From: Amphiscolops sp. MND2022
Lineage: Eukaryota
Reading direction: 5' to 3'
Assembly: GCA_964187785.1 (NCBI GenBank)
Contig: OZ076409.1
Coordinates: 74,340,001-74,404,000, forward strand
Length of the DNA: 64,000 nt
This document shows positions 54,503 through 64,000 of this stretch, piece by piece (the first letter of the stretch is position 1; each line of letters starts with the position of its first letter). The position numbers and the translations under genes are program-made. The notes beneath the pieces are model-generated. The model had not been told where the DNA came from. It worked only from the letters and a program-made list of their open reading frames with translations, and searched no databases.

Positions 54503-55777
54503 TGCCGGTGTTTTCTTCACTTTTGAGGAAGTTGCGCGTGTGGGTAGGGCCCCTGGCGCGCTCCGTTGTCCCTGTGTTTACATCTTAGAAAATTTGAGTA
54601 AAAAAATGGGATCTCGAAAACTGGCCACACGATTTGGCTGAAATTTTGCATACGGCTCCCTATGACAGTTGTAAGAACTAATCCCTAGTGGCGTTTTGCC
54701 CGGAAAATTTTTTTTGTTGACTTATTCACATTTTTAGGGTCAAAAAATGGCGTTTTTTTGAAAATTTTTTTTTTCAGAGACAATTACTCGAAACTGGTGC
54801 ACCCAGCGCAGTAACGCCTAGCTGATTTATTGTTGGGCATTTCATGAGGAGTCCGTATACAAATTTTCGTCCAAATCGGATAAAAAATGATTGAGAAATA
54901 ACTGAAAATTTGAGGAATTTTTTGGGAAATTTTCGAAAACCCAGTCTATCTCTGCCGTTTTTTGCCCAGATTTTTTTTGAGACACTCTCCTAAAGACCTC
55001 CCCTGGCCGGTTTTCCTCCCAGCAAAACCATTTGGCCCTAAATACGAAGTTTCAGCGTTCTAGCATTCCCGGGCGAAAAGTTGTGGGACTTAGAAGAATT
55101 TTTTGGAAACGCAAAATTTGTAAAGTCAACTTCAGGCCTCCCAAAGTCAAGGAACTTCCACACAACTAGTATTGCAAGTGAATGCATGTGGAAAGTACTC
55201 GGATAGACGAGAAAAATGAGCTATAGAAAGACTCTGTAGCTCAACCTGACGTTGACTTATGATGTTTTGAATGTGTGCTTGCTAAGGGGTCCGAAACTGA
55301 AAATTTTTAAAGAAAATTAATATCGTCAAAAATTCATCGGAATGCCTGCAATATACAGTAGAGCGTGTTCAATTGTAGCTGATTAATGCATCAACGCCGT
55401 TCAAGGTCTTTTAACTCAGTTTCAAAATTTTGTACACTGTATTATTCATCCGAGAGCACAAAACAGTTGAGTACATTCCATCTCCCCTCCGTGGGAGATG
55501 AGAATGTACTCGCTAAAGTCCAGGTGCTACAGCCCATATTTGTTTTTTTGCGGCGCTATTTATGCTAGTGCGCATACTTTTTAATCGTTTAACTGAATTT
55601 TCTTCTGTCTGCACTTTGACTTTGACTTGACATATAGTGAACGTTTTGTCTTACAACTTACAAATGAGTAACGTCAACGCCCCATCCTTGCATCAACGCC
55701 CACCGTCCGTGGGCATGCCGAGGCATGCCCTTCGACGACGTATGCCAAGATATATCCCAAGCGCGGTAGCAGCTAGG
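54503..55777 (+). mobile_element. Short unit, C-related mosaic (1275 bp)
   Basis: Head as 47970, tail as 4028 and 7848. Confidence 0.78.
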
Positions 55778-57166
55778 TGGTTGGGGCGGTCCCCAGAACG
55801 CACAAGGAGGCGCGGGGAGGGTCCTGCGCCGACGTAGAATAATTTCATATAATACTAGTATCCTACATGGGTGTTTTAGAGGCGATTTTGGAATCTAACC
55901 GTAGGATTTGGATAATTTTTTGCATGCGGCCATAACTCGAAATTCTAAGAACTTTTTCCTACTGTCATTTTCCCCGCAAATTGTTTTTTGTTGACTTACG
56001 GCCGAAAAACCGGAAATAACGTCCTTTTTAGACGTTATATCCGAAGTGTCGTCATAACTTTTTTCCAGGGCATGCTAGCGTTCTCGTTCACTTTTACACT
56101 TAGTTGCAGCATCTCAAAATACAACTGGTGGAAAGTTTTGGTTGCATTCGGATCACCCCCCACCGAGATAGAAGGGTTCCCCCCTCCAGTTTTACCCCCC
56201 AAATTTGCAAAATAGCCAATTTTGAGCATGAAGCCGAGGATTTAGCGTACCCGCTCCCTCCTGATGTTTTGTTGTACGTATTGGGGTCAATCTGACGACA
56301 TGTGTGGTTTTCACCCCCAACCCCCCCTTGGACCGGAAATGACACTTTTTTGTGTTTTTTGGCAGAATTTAGCCTTTTTCATTATTAGGCAGTCGTTTTA
56401 GGGACTCCTAGCAGGATATCGAAATTGAAATACAACCTGATCACAACCCAGTGACAATATGTTGGCCACTTGGAGGTATCATCATGACCGGAAGTGCGGT
56501 CAACCCCCCTTTTTGTGACCGCTTTTTGACCTTGTGCACCAAAATGCCAACATCTTGAGGCCTAATGAGGCATTCAAATCTGTACAAAGATAAAATGTTA
56601 GACAACCGAAGTCCCGGAAGATCTTTAGCATATACCGGAAGTTACCCCCCATGACCGGAAGTTACCCAATGTGACCGGAAATGGTCCAAAAATTAATGTA
56701 AAGTTGAATTTTTCACTATTTCAAGACCACTTAATTGAAACTTTTCAATCTCAAAACTAGCCTACTGGCTTGTTTTGCTGAATTTATGGAAATTGATGAG
56801 CTCTATCGCCCCCGATAGCCTTCGAAGTTGACCTTGCGTCAACTTTGGAGGCTATCGATAAAGAAAAATGAACAACAAAGTACATTGTTGCTCTCGTTTT
56901 TTTCCCGTTGTTTTTCCTCAAACATTCTTGAGACATATACATGGCCGTTAGTTGAAATCAATTTTTAGCCCATGTTATAGCTGGAGCAGCGAAGCGTTAC
57001 ACAGACTAGTGTGGTTTTGAAATTACATTATTTAAATTAACAACTGACCGTCTTAGTCAACTCCACACATTCATACCAACGCCCACCGTCTGTGGGCATG
57101 CCGAGGCATGCCCTTCGACGACGTATGACGAATCCACTCCAACGACACCCGCAGTCCTCAGCTAGG
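55778..57166 (+). mobile_element. Divergent unit, third family (1389 bp)
   Basis: Unique interior; keeps the head loop GAGGGT, a long-type hairpin at 56813-56857, the palindrome block and CTAGG. Confidence 0.78.
56634..56686 (+). repeat. Three ~20-bp tandem copies of ACCGGAA(G/A)T motif
   Basis: accggaagttaccccccatg accggaagttacccaatgtg accggaaatggtcc. Confidence 0.75.
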
Positions 57167-58441
57167 TGGCCGGGAACTTTTTTTCCTGCATTTTTCTGTC
57201 CAATTGGGGGAGGGGCCCCAAGTGGCTGTTATCCGGTTTTACTACCTACCCTAAACACGCTCAAAAAATGACGATCTCGAAAACCACCCCTTAGATTTTC
57301 CTGAAACTTTGCATACAGGCTTAGAATCAAATCCTAAGAACTATTTCCTACTGGCGTTTTTCTGAATTTTTTCAAAAAGTTGGTCAAAAATGCAACAAAA
57401 GTTGCCAATGGACATAAAAAACGCAACTTTTCGACTTTGAGGGCTCATAACTTTTCCCAGAGTGCCCGGAGCAATTCGCACAGTAAGAACAATATTGCTC
57501 AGCATTGTTGGAGGAGTGCGTGGACAAATTTGGGGTTGAATTGGATGAAAATTGACTGAGAAATAAACGAAAATTTTGGTGCATTTGTTGCAAATACCAG
57601 TTTATCTCTGCCATTTTCGCCCAAAATTTTTCCCAGAGCCTTTACAGGAGGCAACCCCTGCCCAAATTTCTGCCGAGCAAACCCATTTGGCCCTACATAC
57701 GAGGTTTCAGCGTTCTAGCATTTCCTGGCAAAAAGTTGTGGGACTCAGAAAAATTTCAAAAAAAACGCAAAAATTGTAAAAATTAACTTCTGGCGTCCCA
57801 AAGTCAAAAAACTTTCACACAACTAGTATTGCAAGTGAATGCATGTGGAAAGTACTTGCATAGACGAGAAAAATGAGCTATAGAACGACTCTGTAGCTTA
57901 ATCTGACGTTGACTTATGACATTTTGAGTGTGAGCTTCCTATAGGATTTTAATGTCAAAAATGAGATTTTGTAAGTCATGTCTAATCAAAAACTCATCGG
58001 AATACGTTCAATCATCCCCATAGCTGTTCAATTACAGTGGCTCAGTAGAGCAACGCCATTTAATGTCCTTGGACCCATTTTGAAAATTTTCCTTACCGTC
58101 TTATTCGTCCGATATCACGAAACAGTTGAGTACATTCCATCTCCCCCCTTGTGGGGGAGATGAGAATGTACTCGCCAAAGACCTGATACAGTGGCCCATA
58201 TTGAGTTTTATTTGACTTTTCTCACGATATTGCACACGGATAGCTGTGTTTGGTAAAAGTTTTCCTTTGCACAATGTCTCCAGAAGCTAAACCACTTCTT
58301 TAGCTTACACTTCTACTCAAACATCACCAACGTCAACGCAACATACTCGCATCAACGCCCACCGTCCGTGGGCATGCCGAGGCATGCCCTTCGACGACGT
58401 ATGCCAAATAGCGCCACCTGGCGCCCCCAATTTCCGCTAGG
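57167..58441 (+). mobile_element. Diverged short unit (1275 bp)
   Basis: Short-type layout with many substitutions; hairpin and palindrome intact. Confidence 0.78.
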
Positions 58442-59514
58442 TGGTCAAGGGGGATGCCCATCAGAAAATATTGCGAGGCCGGGGAGGGTCCCGAGAGCCG
58501 AGCACATTCTATCAATTCCTACCTTCAGGATTGCGAAGTATTTTAACCGATCTCGAAATTCACCCGTAGGATTTGTCTGAAACTTTGCATGTGGCTTTAT
58601 CTCAAAAATTTAAGAATTTTTTTCTGCTGACGTTTTTCCAGGAAAATTCATTTTGTAGGGTTTTTTTGGGTTTTTTTGGTTTTTTTTCATCTTTTTTCAT
58701 CTTTGATTAATCAATGACCGAATCAAAGGCCATTTTCACCATGAAGGAAAGCCCGTAGCGGCAAAGTGCACTTTTATGAAAATCATCAACGGTCAACGGT
58801 CTTTCGAACGGTCCGAAAAAATTCCCCCCCGGGGGAAACCAAAGTGCCGAAAAGTGCCAAAATTATTTTTTTGACTGAATCAATTTGATCAAATTGATGA
58901 TTTGAGCAGCCGGAACGGTCCGCACGGTCTCGGACAATAAGGTCAAAAATTGTCAGCATCCAATGGGGGTTCCAAAAATGTAATTCGTTCACCTGTAGGA
59001 GACATCAGAAAAAAGTTGATTTTTTGGGGTATATGTCATTATGAGTGATTGGATGAGAAATAATGGTATCACTTTCAGTTGGATATGATGCAGCACAGGA
59101 AGCAGCTGCAGCAAACTTGAAACTGATTATGGGGCTGGGGTTTACCCTCTGTATCGAGCAAAATATCCCTTGGGCAAAAGGTATGCCAAAAAGTGCCTCA
59201 AAGTGCTAATTAAGTTGTTGCAAATCGGCTAGCAAAATTCCTTTGTCACCGGTGTTCCGTGAGTTGCGCAGCATCTCGCGGGAACAACGGTGCTTGTTTC
59301 GAACGCAAAACCCAACATACCTCTTTGGTGACGTGACGGAGGTCACCATTGGCCTTTTTCGGCAGTGTGATGATATTTTTAATGTTGAATTGTGAACAAC
59401 ATACACAAAAGATTTAGCGTGGGATATTTGTTTGTGTCATACTTCAGTAACAAACTTTCAACCGTTTTGTTTAGGCCTCTACCTAGCAGTGCTCTAAATC
59501 GCTCCATCGCTAGG
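58442..59514 (+). mobile_element. Divergent unit, fourth family, without the palindrome block (1073 bp)
   Basis: Family-type head (ggggagggtccc; gatctcgaaa...gatttgtctgaaactttgca), unique body, ends exactly at GCTAGG. Confidence 0.72.
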
Positions 59515-60785
59515 TGCCGGTGTTTTCTTCACTTTTAAGGATGTTGCGCGTGTGGGTAGGGCCCCTGGCGCGCTCCGTTGTCCCCCTGTTTATATCTTCG
59601 CAAATTTGAGTAAAAAATTGGGATCTCGAAAACTGGCCACACGATTTGGCTGAAATTTTGCATACGGCTCCCTATGACAGTTGTAAGAACTAATCCCTAG
59701 TGGCGTTTTGCCCGGAAAATTTTTTTTGTTGACTTATTCACATTTTTAGGGTCAAAAAAAGGCGTTTTTTTGAAAAATTTTTTTTTCAGAGACAATTACT
59801 CGAAACTGGTGCACCCAGCGCAGTAACGCCTAGCTGATTTATTGTTGGGCATTTCATGAGGAGTCCGTATACAAATTTTCGTCCAAATCGGATGAAAAAT
59901 GATTGAGAAATAACTGAAAATTTGAGGAATTTTTTTGGAAGTTTTCGAAAACCCAGTCTATCTCTGCCGTTTTTTGCCCAGATTTTTTTTGAGACACTCT
60001 CCTAAAGACCTCCCCTGGCCGGTTTTCCTCCCAGCAAAACCATTTGGCCCTAAATACGAAGTTTCAGCGTTCTAGCATTCCCGGGCGAAAAGTTGTGGGA
60101 CTTAGAAAATTTTTTTGAAAACGCAAAATGTGTAAAGTCAACTTCAGGCCTCCCAAAGTCAAAGAACTTCCACACAACTAGGATTGCAAGTGGGTGCATG
60201 TGGAAAGTACTCGGATAGACGAGAAAAATGAGCTATAGAACGACTCTGTAGCTTAACCTGACGTTGACTTATGACAATTTTAGTGTCAGCTTGCTGTGTG
60301 AGAAAAAAATTCAAAAATTGAAAATCGATTTAAGTCTCATCCAAAACTCATCGGAACACGTTCAGTCCATCCCAGAGCGGTTTATTTCCAGCTCTGTAGT
60401 GCAACAACGCCATTCAAGGTCATTTGACTCATTTTTAAAGGATTTGAAATTGTCTTATTCATCCGATAGCACAAAACAGTTGAGTACATTCCATCTCCCC
60501 TCCGTGGGAGATGAGAATGTACTCGCTAAAGTCCAGATACCACAGCCCATGTTTGTTTCTCTGCGACGCAAATATTTGCTAGTACACGTAACTACTGATC
60601 TTTTGACTGAATTTTGTATTTACATTGACGTGACATATGCTGAACGTTCGGTTCTTACAACATACACATGACTAACGTCAACGCCACATACTGTTACCAA
60701 CGCCCACCGTCCGTGGGCATGCCGAGGCATGCCCTTCGACGACGTATGGCAAATACCTTTTAGTGACGCGCACTCTCCCGCTAGG
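59515..60785 (+). mobile_element. Short unit, C-related mosaic (1271 bp)
   Basis: Junction-bounded. Confidence 0.78.
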
Positions 60786-62053
60786 TGGCCGTGTCTTTTC
60801 GACGTGCTTTTGCATTGAGGAGTGGGTAGGGCCCCGCGACGACCTAGAAGAATTGGATGCTCACCGAAACGTGCAGAATTCTACGAGATCTCATAGTTTG
60901 AGCCATACGATTTTTCTGAAATTTGGCATGTGGCCTGGAATTGGTGAGTAGGTAAAACGTGTAGGAGGTGATTTTTCCCAAATTCCACTGTGAGACGAGA
61001 TATGGGCAAATAACGGTCCCAAAAATGGCAAAAATGCACTTTTTTCAACTTTGTCAGCCCATATCTCGTTCCCAGGTGCCCGGAGCGGGACGCGTTAAGC
61101 TGATTATAAACTCTAGGGTGTTGAGGCTGTACGGTGAACTTGGGCCCGTTCCGATCCGACTTGTAGTCTTGGAGAAATAACGGTATTTTTGGGGAACCTT
61201 TTCTAACGGTCCAGCTTATCTTTGCCATTTTTTCGAAAATGTACTCGCCTAAAGGCCTCCCCCTGGCCGAATTTACTCCCAGCAAAAACAATTGGCCCTA
61301 AATACGGAGTTTCAGCGTTCCAGCATTCCCGGGCGAAAAGTTGTGGGACTTGGAAAATTTTCAAAAATTTTCAAAAATTTTTTTTTCGTTTTCCGGGCCC
61401 CCAATGAAGGGGAAACGACCCCCCAACCAGTAATTTGAGTGAATGCATGTCAAAAGCCCTTGTTTTGACGAGAAAAATACCGTTTAGAACATCTTTTTAT
61501 CTTGACTCAACGTTGACTTATGACGTTTTGAATGTGATGTAAGGATGTAGGAGGCATGTGAAAAGTTGATGTTTTGAGTCTTTATCTCATATGAAAGCGG
61601 TTGAGATGCAAGCTGTCCTGCTCAAAACGTCTTTCGTTGTAATTTTCCAGTGCACCAATACCCTTTGGTGTCATATAAACATACTTTTCGTCGATATATT
61701 AACAATTTTAATGTATTTATTCCAATTTTTATTATCTTATAACTCAAAACAGTTGAGTACATTTCATCTCCCTTTCGGGGGAGATGAGAATGTACTCGCT
61801 AAAGGCCTAGCGCCATGACCAAAAGTTTGAAACCCGCGTTTTTTTTCTTCTTACATAATTGTTTTTGTATTTTTTCGGAATTTTTTAAAAATTAATATAC
61901 TTGAAATACATTACTTGACTTTACTACTACAATCCACCTCCAACGTCAACGCCCCCCTGCTTGCATCAACGCCCACCGTCCGTGGGCATGCCGAGGCATG
62001 CCCTTCGACGACGTATGCCAAATGCCCAGTGCCACGCAGTCATTTTCGCTAGG
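60786..62053 (+). mobile_element. Short unit, subtype F2 (1268 bp)
   Basis: Copy of 23276-24543. Confidence 0.78.
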
Positions 62054-63331
62054 TGGCCGTGTCTTTTCGACGTGCTTTTGCATTGAGGAGTGGGTAGGGC
62101 CCCGCGACGACCTAGAAGAATTGGATGCTCACCGAAACGTGCAGAATTCTACGAGATCTCATAGTTTGAGCCATACGATTTTTCTGAAATTTGGCATGTG
62201 GCCTGGAATTGGTGAGTAGGTAAAACGTGTAGAAGGTAATTTTTCCCAAATTCCACTGTGAGAGGAGATATGGGCAAATAACGGACCCAAAAATGGGGAA
62301 AATGCACTTTTTTCAAGTTTGTCAGCCAATATCTCATTTCCAGGTGCCCGTAGCGTTCCGCACGTGGACGTCAATATTGCTCAGCGCTGTTGGAGGAGTG
62401 CGTGGACAAATTTTGGTTCAAATCGGACTTAAACTTGACGAGAAATTAACGGTTTTTTGGGCGTTTCCGGGGTAAATTTTTTAACGGTCCAGCTTATCTT
62501 TGCCATTTTTTCGAAAATGTACATGCCTAAAGGCCTCCCCCTGGCCGAATTTACTCCCAGCAAACCCATTTGGCCCTAAATACGGAGTTTCAGCGTTCCA
62601 GCATTCCGGGGCGGAAAGTTGTGGGACTTGGAAAAATTTCAAAATTTTTTCAAAAATTTTTTTTCCCGTTTTCCGGGCCCCCAATGAAGGGGAACGACCC
62701 CCCAACCAGTATTTTGAGTGAATTCATGTGGAACGCCCATGTTTGGAGGAGAAAAATGCCGTTTAGCACATCTTTTTATCTTAACTTGACATTGACTTAT
62801 GACGTTTTGAATGTGATGTTAGGATATATGAAGCATGTTAAAAGTTGAAGTTTTGAGTTTTTATCTCATCGGAAAACCATTGAGATACAAGAAGTTTTGC
62901 TAAAAACGATTTTCATTGTAAGTTAGCAGAGTATTAGTACACTTTGATGTCATTTGAGTATTTTTTTCTATATAATAACTGTTTTTATGTATTTATTCCA
63001 ATTTATCTCATCTTTTAACATCAAGCAGTTGAGTACATTTCATCTCCCTTTCGGGGGAGATGAGAATGTACTCGCTAAAAACCTAATGCTATGGCGCCAA
63101 TGTTTGGATGGGAAGTTTTCTATGCTTTGAAAAAAGTTATTTTTAATTACTTGATTTTTTAAAACAATAATTAACATGAAGTACATTACTTGCTCCTACT
63201 ACTACCACCATACATCTCTAACGTCAACGCCCCCTGCTTGCATCAACGCCCACCGTCCGTGGGCATGCCGAGGCATGCCCTTCGACGACGTATGCCAAAT
63301 ACCATATGCCACGCAGTCTTTTCCCGCTAGG
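62054..63331 (+). mobile_element. Short unit, subtype F1 (1278 bp)
   Basis: Copy of 21993-23275 with a variant tail. Confidence 0.78.
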
Positions 63332-64000
63332 TGCCGGGATTTCTATTCGTTCGAGTATGTGGCGCGTGTGGGTAGGGCCCCTGGCGCGCTCTTTTATTTC
63401 GGGTACACCTACTCCAAATTCACGATGTGATTTCGACGATCTCGTAAACTAGCCACACGATTTGGCTGAAATTTGGCACACGTACCCCCCTCGGCACGGT
63501 GAAGATGATTCCCTACTGACGTTTTGCTCGCTAAACATTTTTTGTTGACCAAAATAACGGTTTTTGGGGTAAAATTTTCAACTTTTTTTAAATTTCATCT
63601 TATATCTCGCCACGGGTACACGCTAGCGCTTCCACACCTTGCTGACGAAAGTTTGCAAACTGTCTCAGGAATGCTGTGTGAAATTTTCAGCTCAATCGGA
63701 CTTAAACTCGAGGAGATATAGCGTTTTTCCGGAGCGGGGGGGTTTCATTTTTCTAACGGTCCAGCTTATCTTTGCCATTTTTTCAAAAATGCACTCGCCT
63801 AAAGGCCTCCCCTGGCCGGTTTTATTCCCAGCAAAACCATTTGGCCCTAAATACGGAGTTTCAGCGTTCCAGCATTCCTGGGCGAAAAGTTGTGGGACTT
63901 AGAAAATTTCAAAAATTTTCAAAAAAATTTTTTTCCGTTATTTGGGCCCCCAAAGTGGGGGAAAAGACCCCCCAAGCAGTAAAGCAAGTGAATGCATGTG
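63332..64000 (+). mobile_element. Short unit, subtype B (partial, runs off the window)
   Basis: Starts after CTAGG; head as 11688. Confidence 0.75.

Larger units (their letters stand above)
1..64000 (+). repeat. Head-to-tail array of heterogeneous 1.1-2.0 kb non-coding units joined at CTAGG|TG
   Basis: The block caacgccc(a/c)ccgtc(c/t)gt(g/a)ggcatgccgaggcatgcc(c/t)ttcgacga followed 35-50 nt later by ctaggtg recurs every 1.26-2.0 kb across the window, always in the same orientation, with no unique spacer DNA between units. Confidence 0.97.

Noticed and set aside
67..63902. All ORFs in the six-frame track (60-165 aa)
   Set aside because: Short, overlapping on both strands, rich in F/K from A/T tracts, broken by homopolymer indels between near-identical copies, some crossing unit junctions, and with no recognisable transposase, recombinase or other domain. 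They recur only because the DNA repeats.
1..64000. Ordinary satellite or higher-order repeat
   Set aside because: Several interior-unrelated families, non-periodic order and a precise nested insertion argue against it, although recombination clearly also acts on the array.
1..64000. rDNA, 5S, tRNA, snRNA or spliced-leader gene arrays; hammerhead-containing retrozyme or Penelope arrays
   Set aside because: I recognised no such RNA gene and no conserved CUGANGA/GAAA core in the shared blocks. An Rfam/Infernal scan would be needed to exclude them formally.

Overview
The whole 64 kb is one non-coding, head-to-tail array of related but heterogeneous DNA units. I count 45 complete units by eye: 35 of about 1.26-1.32 kb, 8 of about 1.97-2.0 kb and 2 divergent ones, plus a 31-bp stub and partial units at both edges. 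Every normal boundary is the same junction, CTAGG|TG. The units share an end architecture: a left-end hairpin with a (T/G)AGGG(C/T/G) loop about 40 nt in, a ~45-nt imperfect hairpin 220-420 nt from the right end, and a near-invariant right-end block with twin TCAACGCC and a GGGCATGCC-GA-GGCATGCCC palindrome. Compensatory base changes support the stems. Unit order is shuffled rather than periodic, and two units sit inside another at a CTTGG| pseudo-junction with no gain or loss of host sequence. The best reading is a self-targeting, site-specifically integrating family of non-autonomous mobile cassettes that builds integron-like arrays, probably in a eukaryote. The mobilising enzyme is not in the window, so the mechanism (HUH/rolling-circle or recombinase) is inference. 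No credible protein-coding or RNA gene was found. Unit coordinates place the cut at CTAGG|TG; the true cut could be 1-2 nt earlier within GG.
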